Below, piece by piece: positions 29,358 through 39,800 of a stretch of DNA of 64,000 nucleotides. The stretch lies in assembly GCA_964369425.1 (NCBI GenBank), contig CAYJGW010000006.1, positions 5,396 through 69,395 of the forward strand, in the 5' to 3' direction. Source of the DNA: an uncultured Lachnospiraceae bacterium. GTDB lineage: Bacteria > Bacillota > Clostridia > Lachnospirales > Lachnospiraceae. Positions within the stretch are counted from its first letter, which is position 1. The number at the start of each line of letters is the position of its first letter. The position numbers were made by a program, and so were the translations under genes. The notes below the pieces were generated by a model, which saw only the letters and a list, made by a program, of their open reading frames with translations, did not search any database and was not told where the DNA came from.

Positions 29358-29553
29358 AATCGTAAATTATCTTTGAGATTGTGTCCATTACATCATCGTA
29401 GCAACCGCCACAGCCTGTGCTACACTGTGTTTGTTCTTGAATGATTGAAAAATAATTTTCCACTTCTTCAAATTCTTGACTTTCATTTAACACTTTTTCA
29501 ACATCAGCTACGGAAACATTCATACAGTTACAAATAGTTCTATTCTCTAACAT
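29356..29553 (-). CDS. BFD-like [2Fe-2S]-binding domain protein
   Basis: 65 aa with CxC (ICNC) ... CSTGCGGC, which is the typical BFD-like cysteine spacing. Confidence 0.65.
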   Translation of the reverse strand: MLENRTICNCMNVSVADVEKVLNESQEFEEVENYFSIIQEQTQCSTGCGGCYDDVMDTISKIIYD

Positions 29554-29612
29554 ATTTACCCACCTCGCTTTTTTGTTGTATTAATTACATTTTAACAGAT
29601 AGGCAGTATATG

Positions 29613-30878
29613 TCAATCATTCTGTACCTTATCGTCATAATTTTTCACAGCTTTTGCTAGAAAGATCATGATGATACAGATGACAAATATAATCAAATTC
29701 AATACAAATGGATAAGTTGTATTCCATTCAAAAATCTTTCCGATAATAAAGCCAAAAGGCACAGAGATTGCAATGGTTCCAGCGTTAAAAATTGCATAAA
29801 TTCTTGAACGCTCTTCGATATCTACATAAGATGCCATGAGGGCATCTTTTCGTGGAATCACGATAGCGTAAGCGATAGATTCAAGAACGGTGTAGGCTAG
29901 GATGTAATAAATATTGTGAGATGGTGCCATCAATAATATCAAATGGCTTGCAATATAAAAAGTGAAAGCGAACAAAAGGGAGTTCTTCATTTTTAGTCGT
30001 TGTAAGAAATCTTGTAATAACAAAACGAATATAAGCATGATTAAAGTTCGAATCATAGGGAAAATGGCTACAAAATCATCAGGTATAGAAAGAGTTTCGG
30101 TTATGTAAAGTGAAAAAAAGTTTGCAGTTGTAATTAGTATGATGTTAGAAAGGGACATAAAAAGCAGTACAAACATCATATTGCTGGACTTGAGAATTTT
30201 TTGTAGCACTCCCTTATATCCGGAAAGAAGAGTCAAGTAGGAAACGTCCTTTGTCTCTAATATTCGTGCTTCTCCTATTGTAGTTTCTTTTCCATGAATG
30301 TAAAGAAGAACAAATTTTGCAGTCATAGAGAGGCCAGAGATAAAGTAAATGACAGACACAACCTCTATAACAGAATAACGATCCACAAAATAAATGGCTA
30401 ATGGAGAAAAAAATACGGAGAGCATTCCGCATAAATGAACCAGCGTGAAGGCATTGGTCAAGTGTTTTTGAGGGCAATCTTCAATAAATAAGCAACTCCA
30501 AGAAGCATTCGTAATCTGATAACTAGCATTGATACAACTAGCTAGCAAAAATAGCCAAAAGTTATCTGCGAAAGCCCAGATAAAGCAAGGAATAGACCAA
30601 GCGATGGTATCAAATATAAAAGTGGTTTTGCGTCGACCGAGTTTGTCGGTGACCACTCCTCCTATCAAAGAAAAAAATACCTGTAGGAAGTATCCTACAG
30701 AAATCGTGATGCCGATTTGCTCACTAGAAAGCCCTAATTGATACATATATAGCGAAGCAAAAGGCGAAAATAAAGCAAAAGGGATATACCAAAGAGGTTC
30801 TGTGATTAAGGACCATTTGGGGTTTCCTTTCAATTCTGAAAAGGTTCGAAAAAGTCCGAGTGTTTTAAGTGATTTCAT
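29613..30878 (-). CDS. MFS transporter
   Basis: 421 aa, about 12 TM helices, MFS signature GGVVTDKLGRRKT after TM2. Confidence 0.85.
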   Translation of the reverse strand: MKSLKTLGLFRTFSELKGNPKWSLITEPLWYIPFALFSPFASLYMYQLGLSSEQIGITISVGYFLQVFFSLIGGVVTDKLGRRKTTFIFDTIAWSIPCFIWAFADNFWLFLLASCINASYQITNASWSCLFIEDCPQKHLTNAFTLVHLCGMLSVFFSPLAIYFVDRYSVIEVVSVIYFISGLSMTAKFVLLYIHGKETTIGEARILETKDVSYLTLLSGYKGVLQKILKSSNMMFVLLFMSLSNIILITTANFFSLYITETLSIPDDFVAIFPMIRTLIMLIFVLLLQDFLQRLKMKNSLLFAFTFYIASHLILLMAPSHNIYYILAYTVLESIAYAIVIPRKDALMASYVDIEERSRIYAIFNAGTIAISVPFGFIIGKIFEWNTTYPFVLNLIIFVICIIMIFLAKAVKNYDDKVQND

Positions 30879-31058
30879 AAGTTTACCTGCCCATTCTTGT
30901 TAATGAAATCATTATAGCTGAATGAAGGGAAAAAGGATAGAGGAAAGACGATCAAATTTATTTGTATAGGTTTTGTAAAAATATGTTGAAATTTAGGAGA
31001 GAGAGTGCTAATGTAAAGAAGGTGTTAAAATCAAGTAAAATTTACAGGAGAAAGAAAA

Positions 31059-32699
31059 ATGGATTATGTAGGCATAATTATAGGATTTTTAGGTGGTCTG
31101 GGTATGTTTATCTATGGGATGCATATTATGGCCGGAGGATTAGAAAACGCGGCAGGATCTAAGTTGAAATCGATGTTAGAGATTTTGACAAAAAATAAAT
31201 TAATGGGAGTCTGTCTCGGTGCATTTATTACAGCGGTAATTCAAAGTTCATCAGCTACAACCGTAATGGTCGTAGGGTTTGTAAATGCAGGGGTTATGAA
31301 CCTTGTACAAGCTATGAGTGTTATCATGGGAGCCAATATTGGTACAACAGTTACAGGGTGGTTGGTATCATCAGCAGAATGGATGGATTTTCTAAGTCCA
31401 ACTACACTAGCGCCGATTGCAATTATGGTCGGGGTTATCGTGATGCTCACAGCAAAGAAAAGTAATAATAAAGATGTTGCAAGTATTGTGATTGGATTTG
31501 GACTTTTATTTGTAGGGATATCAACAATGTCAGATGCGGTGTATCCACTGAGAGAATCTGAATCAATTACGAATCTATTCGTGACATTAGGGCAAAACCC
31601 AATCTTAGGTATTGCAGCTGGTGCAATTGTTACAGCGGTAATTCAGAGTTCATCAGCATCGGTAGGTATTCTACAAAGTTTGGCAGTGGCCGGTTTGGTT
31701 CCATTTAGTGCGGCGGTGTATATCATCATGGGACAAAACATTGGAACCTGTATTACAGCAATGTTATCTAGTGTAGGTGCTAGAAAAACTGCGAAGACAG
31801 CAGCATATATGCACTTATTATTCAATATCATTGGATCGACAGTATTTACCATTGCAGCAGTTGTATTTTTTAAAGTCATCAATCCAGGAATGGGTACGGG
31901 AGATATTACAACTACAGAGATTAGTGTTGTTCACACTGCATTTAACATAGCAACTACAGTATTACTATTCCCAGCATCTGGAATGATTATCAAGCTAGCA
32001 AAAAAAATGAGTGGTTTAAAAGAAGAGAGTACCAAGACGAAGAAAGTACAATTAGACGATCGTATGCTACAGACGCCTTCAATTGCTTTGCAATCAGCAG
32101 TAGGAGAAGTGGCTCGTATGGGTGGTATTATTGTCGAGATGCTAGAGCTTAGCAAAAGTGTAATGTTTGACAAAAAGTCAGAAAAGATAGAAGAAATCAA
32201 AGAAAAAGAATCTATGATTGATGTGATTAGTTCAGCGACTACAGATTATGCAGTGAAATTAAGTGGAATGCAGATCAGCGAAAGAGAACATGAGGATACA
32301 GTTCACTTGTTATCGATCGTTTCTCATATGGAAAGGGTGAGTGATTACTGTGAGAACATCTCCGAGTTTGCAGAAGTATTAAAGGAAAAAAACATTGGTT
32401 TTTCAGAGACGGCAAAGAAAGAATTAGAAGAGATGTTAGATGTGTGTATGGATAGTTTCGTGTGTGCATTGGATGCTTACGAATCATCGGATAAGAATAA
32501 AGCACTTAAAGTTGTGGAACTTGAGACTAAGGCAGATGACTTAGAAGAGAAGTTGAGAGCAAAGCATATTAAGCGTTTAGTAGGAAATCAATGTAATGTG
32601 GAATCAGGAGTTGTGTACCTAGATGCATTGATCTCATTAGAGAGAATTTCTGATCATGCGAGAAATATTGCAGAAGAAGTAATAGAAAGAGCGGTATAA
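31059..32699 (+). CDS. Na/Pi cotransporter family protein with C-terminal PhoU-like repeats
   Basis: Duplicated AVIQSSSAT / AVIQSSSAS motifs in the membrane domain. The soluble C-terminal half has two ER(V/I)SD(Y/H) PhoU-type motifs. Confidence 0.87.
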   Translation: MDYVGIIIGFLGGLGMFIYGMHIMAGGLENAAGSKLKSMLEILTKNKLMGVCLGAFITAVIQSSSATTVMVVGFVNAGVMNLVQAMSVIMGANIGTTVTGWLVSSAEWMDFLSPTTLAPIAIMVGVIVMLTAKKSNNKDVASIVIGFGLLFVGISTMSDAVYPLRESESITNLFVTLGQNPILGIAAGAIVTAVIQSSSASVGILQSLAVAGLVPFSAAVYIIMGQNIGTCITAMLSSVGARKTAKTAAYMHLLFNIIGSTVFTIAAVVFFKVINPGMGTGDITTTEISVVHTAFNIATTVLLFPASGMIIKLAKKMSGLKEESTKTKKVQLDDRMLQTPSIALQSAVGEVARMGGIIVEMLELSKSVMFDKKSEKIEEIKEKESMIDVISSATTDYAVKLSGMQISEREHEDTVHLLSIVSHMERVSDYCENISEFAEVLKEKNIGFSETAKKELEEMLDVCMDSFVCALDAYESSDKNKALKVVELETKADDLEEKLRAKHIKRLVGNQCNVESGVVYLDALISLERISDHARNIAEEVIERAV

Positions 32700-32705
32700 T
32701 AAACG

Positions 32706-32733
32706 GAGGAGTAGCTAGAAATAGCTACTCCTC
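32706..32733. terminator. bidirectional terminator
   Basis: 12-bp stem gaggagtagcta (32706-32717) with tagctactcctc (32722-32733), GAAA loop. It overlaps the 3' end of the convergent 86-aa gene. Confidence 0.6.
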
Positions 32734-32985
32734 TATTACGTGGAATTCGAAATAATCAAATTCAATACTATCGACAAAATTATCTGAGATAAATCGACAT
32801 TTATCATGTCTCTTAAATTCAGTAATTGTATTTTCTAACCAAATAGGTTTACTGAGGTCAAATTCATAGCAAAATTCATCCAATGCTTGAAAGACTTTCT
32901 CGGTTCGACTTTGATCTGAATTAATTTCTATTACATGATCTTTTAACATTCTATTGTCTTTAAATAATTTACCCCATATTCTCAT
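32725..32985 (-). CDS. small conserved hypothetical protein
   Basis: 86-aa ORF with its own terminator. Balanced composition, and the motif PIWLENTITEFKRHDK..F....F...IEFDY looks like a family recurrent in Clostridia (recalled only). Confidence 0.5.
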   Translation of the reverse strand: MRIWGKLFKDNRMLKDHVIEINSDQSRTEKVFQALDEFCYEFDLSKPIWLENTITEFKRHDKCRFISDNFVDSIEFDYFEFHVIEE

Positions 32986-33083
32986 ATCTAAAAAGTCCTT
33001 TCAGTGGAAATGTTTTAACATAGTATGTGCAATTATACCATTATATGATATAGTAAGTACAGAATTTTTTTGGAGGGTTGAAG

Positions 33084-34148
33084 ATGAAAGGAATTACAAA
33101 TATTTTTAAACATATTTTTATTGATGGTTTAAGTGGAATGGCACAAGGGTTGTTTGCTACGCTTATCATGGGGACAATCATTCAGCAAATCGGGAACTTT
33201 GTAGGTGGAGAGTGGGGAACGTTGATTTATTATGTAGGCAAGGTGGCAGCTTCTTTGACAGGTGCAGGAATTGGAATGGGAGTAGCAGCAAAGTATAAAG
33301 AAAGTGAACTAGTGTCTGTATCAGCAGCAGTAGCAGGAATGATAGGAGCATATGCATCCTCTATTTTAAGTGGAGCTCTTTTAATGGAAGGAAATCCTTT
33401 TTACATAGGGCCAGGAGAACCGTTGGGAGCGTTTATTGCTGCATTTTCAGGAATAACAGTTGGTCACCTCGTTTCTAAAAAGACGAAATTAGATATCATC
33501 GTCACACCACTTGTTACAATTGGAACAGGGAGTGTGGTTGGGCTAATTTTAGGACCACCGATTTCATCTGTTATGATACAACTTGGACAATTAGTGAACT
33601 GGGGGACAGAGCAGCAACCATTATTGATGGGAATAGTTGTGGCGGTACTGATGGGGATGTTTTTGACGCTTCCAATCAGTTCAGCTGCTATAGGGGTTAT
33701 TTTGAACTTATCTGGCTTAGCAGCGGGAGCGGCAACAGTTGGATGTTGTTGCAATATGATAGGATTTGCAGTGGCAAGCTTTAGAGAAAACGGTATTGGA
33801 GGACTTGTGGCACAAGGGATTGGAACTTCTATGTTACAAGTGCCAAATATTATGAAAAAGCCACTCATTTGGATGCCAGCAATCATTTCTAGTGCAATAC
33901 TTGGACCGATTTCTACTATGTTTGTGGAAATACAAAACAATGCAACAGGATCAGGAATGGGAACAGCAGGTCTAGTAGGTCCAATCATGGCATTCCAAAC
34001 AATGATAGAAAACGGGTCAGAAGTAGAGGTGTTATTAAAGATTATATTGATGTTATTTATATTACCAGCAATAGTGTCGGTGGCATGTTCGGAGGCAATG
34101 CGAAAAGCTGGGATAATAAAAGTAGGGGATATGAAACTTGATTTGTAG
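33084..34148 (+). CDS. PTS EIIC-like membrane protein (PTS_EIIC_2-type), orphan
   Basis: About 354-aa polytopic, Gly-rich membrane protein. The N-terminus ...FIDGLSGMAQGLFATLIMGTIIQQIG resembles that family. The ATG at 33084 lies 6 nt after GGAGGG. Confidence 0.55.
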   Translation: MKGITNIFKHIFIDGLSGMAQGLFATLIMGTIIQQIGNFVGGEWGTLIYYVGKVAASLTGAGIGMGVAAKYKESELVSVSAAVAGMIGAYASSILSGALLMEGNPFYIGPGEPLGAFIAAFSGITVGHLVSKKTKLDIIVTPLVTIGTGSVVGLILGPPISSVMIQLGQLVNWGTEQQPLLMGIVVAVLMGMFLTLPISSAAIGVILNLSGLAAGAATVGCCCNMIGFAVASFRENGIGGLVAQGIGTSMLQVPNIMKKPLIWMPAIISSAILGPISTMFVEIQNNATGSGMGTAGLVGPIMAFQTMIENGSEVEVLLKIILMLFILPAIVSVACSEAMRKAGIIKVGDMKLDL

Positions 34149-34282
34149 AAAAAGAGAGAAAAACGTCAAGTGTTTTCAGAAATTTAAGAAATAATACTTG
34201 AAAAAATGAGACAAAAATAAGAAAATGTGATATACTACAAACGAGATAAACAGTCTTCAAATGAAACGAGAGGAGTCTAGTA

Positions 34283-34981
34283 ATGATATTGAAAGATGCA
34301 GTAAAAACATATGAGGACGTGGATAGTTGGAAGACTGTGATTTTTTTGTATAACGCAGCATTAAAGGAAGTTGGAACAAAATTAGAGATTCTCAATGATG
34401 AATTCCAACATGTACACCAATATAACCCGATAGAGCATATAAAGACGCGGATTAAAACAGCAGAGAGTATTGTGAAAAAATTAAAGAAGTATGGATATGA
34501 GACGACGATTGAAAACATGGTGAGTCATGTGAATGATATCGCAGGAGTTCGCTTGATTTGTTCTTTTACATCAGACATCTATATGCTAGCAGAGATGATT
34601 GGAAAGCAGAGTGATTTAAAAGTTGTTTCAATTAAAGATTATATAAAAACACCAAAAGAGAGTGGATATAAAAGTTATCATATGCTAGTGGCAGTTCCAA
34701 TCTATCTATCAGATAGTGTGGTAGACACAAAAGTGGAAATACAGATTCGAACGATAGCAATGGATTTTTGGGCCAGTTTAGAGCATAAGATATATTATAA
34801 ATTTGAGGGAAATTGCCCCGAGTATATTACCAATGATTTGAAGGAATGTGCGCAGATGGTATCCGCGTTGGATGACCGCATGTTGATTTTGAATGATGAG
34901 ATTCAAAAGTATGCAAATGACAAGTTTGAATACATCGGAAAAAGTATTAGTGAAGAACGAGAAGAATTAATAGTAGAATAG
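34283..34981 (+). CDS. small alarmone synthetase (RelP/RelQ-type GTP pyrophosphokinase)
   Basis: RelA/SpoT synthetase core: IAGVRLIC...GYKSYHMLV...VEIQIRTIAMDFWASLEHKIYYK; 232 aa with no hydrolase domain. Confidence 0.85.
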   Translation: MILKDAVKTYEDVDSWKTVIFLYNAALKEVGTKLEILNDEFQHVHQYNPIEHIKTRIKTAESIVKKLKKYGYETTIENMVSHVNDIAGVRLICSFTSDIYMLAEMIGKQSDLKVVSIKDYIKTPKESGYKSYHMLVAVPIYLSDSVVDTKVEIQIRTIAMDFWASLEHKIYYKFEGNCPEYITNDLKECAQMVSALDDRMLILNDEIQKYANDKFEYIGKSISEEREELIVE

Positions 34982-35102
34982 ATGGCTACGGCTATTGATA
35001 GTTTGCGTGTAATTTATAGTGAGCAAGTATTGTACATGCTCACCAATAAATCCATATAGAGGTTAAAGTCTTAAAATTGTTTCGTGCGAAAGGAGGAGAA
35101 AA

Positions 35103-35762
35103 ATGAAAAAAGATAAAACAATTAAAGGATTGATATTTGATATGGATGGGCTACTGTTTGATTCAGAAAGAATCGTTCAAAGAGCTTGGAACATTGCGGG
35201 GAAGAGACTAGGGTATGGTGAGAATTTTGGTGATCACATTTACAATACCATAGGTTTCAATGTAACAAAGAGGGAACAATACTTTAAAGAGCATGTGCAA
35301 AAGGATTTTCCTATGGATTTATTTAATAAGTACACGAGAGAAGCATATTGGGAAATTGCAGACAAAGAAGGAATTTCATTAAAACCAGGTGCAAAAGAAG
35401 TAGTGCAATACGCAAAGACAAAAGGATATAAGTTAGGGGTAGCGACTTCGTCGAGAAAACTCCATGCAACACAATTGTTAGAGACTGGTGGCATGCTAGA
35501 TATGTTAGATGCAACAGTATTTGGAGACACAGTAAGTGTAGCAAAACCACACCCAGAGATTTATTTGAAAGCTTGCGAGAAAATCGGATTGATACCGGAG
35601 GAGTGTATAGCGGTAGAGGATTCGCCAGCAGGAGTGGAATCTGCAGTGGCAGCAGGTATGGTTACAATTATGATTCCAGATTTAGTTAGACCAACACAAG
35701 AAATCAAAGAGTTAGCAGATCATGTATATGAGGAACTCTTTCAAGTTATAGAAATTTTATAA
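35103..35762 (+). CDS. HAD-family hydrolase (beta-phosphoglucomutase-like subfamily IA)
   Basis: DMDGLLFDSE (DxDG motif I), ATSS (motif II), and K...EDSPAG (motifs III/IV). Confidence 0.85.
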   Translation: MKKDKTIKGLIFDMDGLLFDSERIVQRAWNIAGKRLGYGENFGDHIYNTIGFNVTKREQYFKEHVQKDFPMDLFNKYTREAYWEIADKEGISLKPGAKEVVQYAKTKGYKLGVATSSRKLHATQLLETGGMLDMLDATVFGDTVSVAKPHPEIYLKACEKIGLIPEECIAVEDSPAGVESAVAAGMVTIMIPDLVRPTQEIKELADHVYEELFQVIEIL

Positions 35763-35776
35763 AAGAACAAAAGAAG

Positions 35777-35811
35777 GGGGTATTAGGCGATAAGAGCCTA
35801 ATACCCCTTTT
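35777..35811 (+). terminator. intrinsic terminator
   Basis: Perfect 12-bp stem ggggtattaggc (35777-35788) with gcctaatacccc (35796-35807), followed by tttt. Confidence 0.75.
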
Positions 35812-35828
35812 GCGACAAAAAATCACCG

Positions 35829-35857
35829 TTGCACTTTTTTTTTGTTTGTGATATAGT
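35829..35857 (+). promoter_or_regulatory. promoter candidate for the fab operon (TTGCAC-17-TATAGT with TG extension)
   Basis: TTGCAC at 35829-35834 and TATAGT at 35852-35857 preceded by TGA. Confidence 0.5.
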
Positions 35858-35921
35858 TTGAAAGTAAAAGTATTTGAAGTTAAAATAAATTTAATGCCAA
35901 AACATGAAGAAAGGGCACAAT

Positions 35922-36875
35922 ATGATAGGAGTAATAAAAGGAACTGGTTCATCCATTCCTTCCAAAGTAGTGGACAATCATCAATTAGCTCAGATAGTGG
36001 ATACAAGTGATGAATGGATTAGAGAGCGTACGGGAATTGTTAAGCGTCACATTGTAGAAGAGGAAACTACAGTTAGTATGGCGGTAGAGGCTGGAAAAAA
36101 AGCTTTAGATGATGCGAAGATAAATGCAGAAGAAGTGGATATGATTATTGTGGCGACAATATCATCAAATGTAATTATGCCAAGTACTGCTTGTGAAGTA
36201 CAACGACTAATCGGTGCAAAGAATGCAACTTGTTTTGACCTCAATTCAGCGTGTACAGGGTTCTTGTTCGCATATAATACGGCGCAAGCGTATATTGCAA
36301 TGGGAGCTGTAAGGACAGTTTTGGTGATAGGGGCAGAATCGTTATCTAATTTACTTGATTGGAATGATAGAGGAACTTGTGTGTTGTTTGGGGATGGGGC
36401 CGGAGCAACCGTATTGGTGGCAGAAGAAGGAGAAGCTTCTCCGATGGTTCTTTATTCAGATGGAGAAAGAGGAGTAGCTCTTACCTGTGAGACAAGACAT
36501 CAGAAAAATGTAGTTGAAGAGAATACATTCCTAAAAATGGATGGACAAGCTGTATTTAAGTTTGTAGCTAGGCAAGTGCCAGCGTGTATGGAAGAACTTT
36601 TAGATAAAATAAATATGAAAACAGATGAAATTGATTTGTTTATCGTACATCAAGCAAACAAACGAATGATAGAAACTGTAGCGAAAAGATTAAAAGTAGA
36701 TGCAGAAAAAATTCCAGTTAACTTAATGAATTATGGAAATACTTCATCAGCGAGTATTCCAATTTTGCTAGATGAATTAAATAAAGAAGGAAGACTAAAG
36801 TCAGGAATGAAATTGATAATGTCTGGATTTGGGGCAGGGCTTTCATGGGGAGCAACGTACCTAGAATGGAAATAG
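35922..36875 (+). CDS. fabH: 3-oxoacyl-ACP synthase III
   Basis: [10 protein letters not shown] (active Cys), HQAN and [11 protein letters not shown] motifs. The start could instead be 35904. Confidence 0.9.
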   Translation: MIGVIKGTGSSIPSKVVDNHQLAQIVDTSDEWIRERTGIVKRHIVEEETTVSMAVEAGKKALDDAKINAEEVDMIIVATISSNVIMPSTACEVQRLIGAKNATCFDLNSACTGFLFAYNTAQAYIAMGAVRTVLVIGAESLSNLLDWNDRGTCVLFGDGAGATVLVAEEGEASPMVLYSDGERGVALTCETRHQKNVVEENTFLKMDGQAVFKFVARQVPACMEELLDKINMKTDEIDLFIVHQANKRMIETVAKRLKVDAEKIPVNLMNYGNTSSASIPILLDELNKEGRLKSGMKLIMSGFGAGLSWGATYLEWK

Positions 36876-36939
36876 TAATTACCGGAATTCCGGATTACAT
36901 ATAAAAATGAATATAAGTGAACAAAAGGAGACAAAAATT

Positions 36940-37164
36940 ATGTTAGAAAAAATTCAAGAATTAGTAGCAGAAGGTTTAGGAGTAGATCCATCAGAAGTAG
37001 TAGAAACAGCATCTTTCAAAGATGACTTAGGAGCAGATTCATTAGACTTATTTGAAATGGTAATGTCATTAGAAGATGAATTTGGAGTAGAAATTCCAAC
37101 AGAAGAATTAGAGAAAATGGTAACTGTTGGCGATGTAATGAAATATATTCAAGAAAATAAATAA
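36940..37164 (+). CDS. acpP: acyl carrier protein
   Basis: 74 aa with LGADSLD phosphopantetheine site. The ATG at 36940 follows AAGGAG. Confidence 0.9.
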   Translation: MLEKIQELVAEGLGVDPSEVVETASFKDDLGADSLDLFEMVMSLEDEFGVEIPTEELEKMVTVGDVMKYIQENK

Positions 37165-37185
37165 GAAAAGAGAGAGGTTGCAATT

Positions 37186-38124
37186 ATGAAGACAGAGGTA
37201 ACCAAATTACTAGGAATAGAATATCCGATCATTCAAGGCGGAATGGCATGGGTTGCTGAATATCATCTTGCGGCCGCCGTATCTGAAGCCGGTGGCTTAG
37301 GTATCATCGGAGCTGGTGGAGCACCGGCTTCATGGGTACGTGAACAAATTAGAGAAGCAAAGAAAATTACAGAAAAACCATTCGGGGTAAACTTAATGCT
37401 TATGAACCCTGAATCAGATGAAATAGCAAAAATAATAGCAGAAGAGGGTGTACAAGTAGTAACTACTGGTGCAGGAAACCCAGAAAAATATATGGCAATG
37501 TGGAAAGAAGCAGGAGTAAAAGTAATTCCAGTAGTAGCTTCAGTTGCACTTGCAAGACGTATGGAGAGATGTGGAGCAGACGCAGTAGTCGCAGAAGGAT
37601 GCGAAGCAGGCGGGCACATCGGTGAGACTACGACTATGGCATTAGTGCCACAAGTAGTAGATGCAGTGAGTATCCCAGTTATAGCTGCCGGAGGAATGGC
37701 AGATGGAAGAGGTGTAGCAGCGGCATTTATGCTAGGTGCAAGAGCAGTACAAATGGGAACTTGCTTTGTAACAGTGAAAGAATCGATTGTTCATGAAAAT
37801 TATAAGAGATTTATCATAAAAGCAAAAGATATTGATACAAGGGTAACAGGACGATCAACAGGACATCCAGTTAGAACAATTCGTAACAAACAGACAAAAG
37901 AGTACTTGAAGCTAGAAGCAGAAGGTGCGCCATTTGAAGAGTTAGAAAAATTAACACTTGGTTCTTTGAGAAATGCAGTAGTAGAAGGCGATACAGAGTA
38001 TGGTAGTATCATGGCAGGACAGATTGCAGGTCTTGTAAAAGAAGAGCAAAGTGCGAAAGAATTGATTACTTCTATAGTAGCAGCTGCAGAAGTGTTGTTG
38101 AAAGGAAGTAACTTGTATGAGTAA
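37186..38124 (+). CDS. fabK: enoyl-ACP reductase II (FMN-dependent, NMO fold)
   Basis: YPIIQGGMAWV...AGG.GIIG...EAGGHIG. It sits between acpP and fabD as in FabK-type clusters. Confidence 0.85.
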   Translation: MKTEVTKLLGIEYPIIQGGMAWVAEYHLAAAVSEAGGLGIIGAGGAPASWVREQIREAKKITEKPFGVNLMLMNPESDEIAKIIAEEGVQVVTTGAGNPEKYMAMWKEAGVKVIPVVASVALARRMERCGADAVVAEGCEAGGHIGETTTMALVPQVVDAVSIPVIAAGGMADGRGVAAAFMLGARAVQMGTCFVTVKESIVHENYKRFIIKAKDIDTRVTGRSTGHPVRTIRNKQTKEYLKLEAEGAPFEELEKLTLGSLRNAVVEGDTEYGSIMAGQIAGLVKEEQSAKELITSIVAAAEVLLKGSNLYE

Positions 38125-39043
38125 AATTGCATTTATTTATCCAGGCCAAGGGTCACAAAAAGCTGGAATGGGTCAGGAATTTTATGAACAATGTGAAATA
38201 GCAAAATCTGTATATGATAAAGCAACAGAATTGCTAGATATAGATATGAAAGCATTATGCTTTGAAAAAAACGATAAATTAGATATTACGGAGTATACGC
38301 AGGCAGCGCTGGTAACAACTTGCCTTGCAATGACAGAAGTAGTATTAGAAAAAGGGTTAAAGCCAGATGTGACAGCGGGTCTAAGCCTTGGAGAGTACTG
38401 TGCAATTTCTGTTGCAGGTGGGATGTCCAAAGAAGATGCGATTAAAACAGTTCGCACAAGGGGGATCTTGATGCAAGAGGCAGTGCCTACTGGTGAAGGT
38501 GCAATGGCAGCAGTGTTAGGGCTTAGCGGCGAAGCAATAGAAGATGTGATATCATCGATGGAAGGCGTGACAATTGCAAATTACAATTGTCCAGGTCAAA
38601 TCGTAATCACAGGAGTAGCAAAAGGTGTGGAAGAAGCAGCAGAACCATTAAAAGCAGCAGGGGCAAAAAGAGTGTTGCCGTTGAATGTAAGCGGTCCGTT
38701 TCACTCAAAGATGCTAACAGAAGCAGGGAGAGAACTTGGAAAAGTATTGGAAACAATTGAACTGAGTACATTAAAAATCCCATACGTAACTAATGTTACA
38801 GCTGAATACGTAAAGGATATCGCACAGATAAAAGGTTTACTAGAAGAGCAAGTATCTGCATCAGTTAGATGGGAACAAAGCATTCGTAAGATGATGGAAA
38901 AAGGGGTAGATACATTTGTAGAAATCGGCCCTGGAAAGACATTGTCTGGATTTATGAAAAAAATAGATAGAACTGCAAAAGTCTACAACATAGAAACATT
39001 GGAAGATGTGGATAAGGTAGTAGAAGAATTAAAGGAGAATTAA
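38117..39043 (+). CDS. fabD: malonyl CoA-ACP transacylase
   Basis: [16 protein letters not shown] (active Ser), and VSGPFHS. Confidence 0.92.
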   Translation: MSKIAFIYPGQGSQKAGMGQEFYEQCEIAKSVYDKATELLDIDMKALCFEKNDKLDITEYTQAALVTTCLAMTEVVLEKGLKPDVTAGLSLGEYCAISVAGGMSKEDAIKTVRTRGILMQEAVPTGEGAMAAVLGLSGEAIEDVISSMEGVTIANYNCPGQIVITGVAKGVEEAAEPLKAAGAKRVLPLNVSGPFHSKMLTEAGRELGKVLETIELSTLKIPYVTNVTAEYVKDIAQIKGLLEEQVSASVRWEQSIRKMMEKGVDTFVEIGPGKTLSGFMKKIDRTAKVYNIETLEDVDKVVEELKEN

Positions 39044-39044
39044 G

Positions 39045-39785
39045 ATGTTAAAAGATAAAGTAGCTGTAGTTACTGGAGCATCAAGAGGTCTTGGAAAAGC
39101 CATAGCAATAGAGATGGCAAAAAACGGTGCCACTGTCGTAGTGAATTACAATGGATCGAAAGAAAAAGCAGAAGAAGTAAAGTCAAGCATTGAAGAAAAT
39201 GGTGGAAAAGCGATTACTTATAAATGTAATATTTCTGAATTTGCAGAATGTGAGCAGTTCATCAAAGATGTGGTGGCAGAATTTGGCAGAATCGATATAC
39301 TTGTGAATAACGCAGGTATCACTAGAGATGGACTTTTGATGCGAATGTCGGAAGAAGATTACGATCAAGTGTTAAATACAAACTTAAAAGGAACGTTTAA
39401 CTGTATGAGATTTGTATCAAAAATTATGATGAAGCAAAGAGTTGGAAGAATCATCAATATGTCATCTGTATCAGGGGTTTTAGGAAATGCAGGGCAGGCA
39501 AATTATTCTGCTTCAAAGGCTGGAGTAATTGGTTTGACAAAATCGATTGCGAGAGAATTGGCATCTAGAAATATTACAGTAAATGCAATCGCACCTGGAT
39601 TTATAGAGACAGAGATGACAGACGCATTAGGTGATGCAGTGAAAGAAACAGTTGTGAAGCAAATTCCACTCGGCTCATTTGGACAGCCAGAAGATATTGC
39701 GAATATGACAGTGTTTTTGGCATCAGATAAAGCGAAGTATATTACAGGTCAAGTGATTCATGTAGATGGCGGGATGGCCATATAA
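39045..39785 (+). CDS. fabG: 3-oxoacyl-ACP reductase
   Basis: [14 protein letters not shown], and S...YSASKAG. Confidence 0.92.
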   Translation: MLKDKVAVVTGASRGLGKAIAIEMAKNGATVVVNYNGSKEKAEEVKSSIEENGGKAITYKCNISEFAECEQFIKDVVAEFGRIDILVNNAGITRDGLLMRMSEEDYDQVLNTNLKGTFNCMRFVSKIMMKQRVGRIINMSSVSGVLGNAGQANYSASKAGVIGLTKSIARELASRNITVNAIAPGFIETEMTDALGDAVKETVVKQIPLGSFGQPEDIANMTVFLASDKAKYITGQVIHVDGGMAI

Positions 39786-39800
39786 TTAAGGAGAAAAGGT

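Noticed and set aside
30962-31162. 66-aa Arg/Lys-rich ORF upstream of and overlapping the Na/Pi transporter start
   Set aside because: It overlaps the transporter's RBS and start in another frame, and its composition is an AT-rich artefact.
33464-33988. 174-aa antisense ORF inside the EIIC-like gene. Similar ones lie at 47560-48072, 55765-56295, 20888-21355, 5178-5606, 18008-18433, 34057-34518 and 37263-37619.
   Set aside because: All overlap well-supported genes on the opposite strand and have biased composition and no motifs. I treat them as shadow ORFs.
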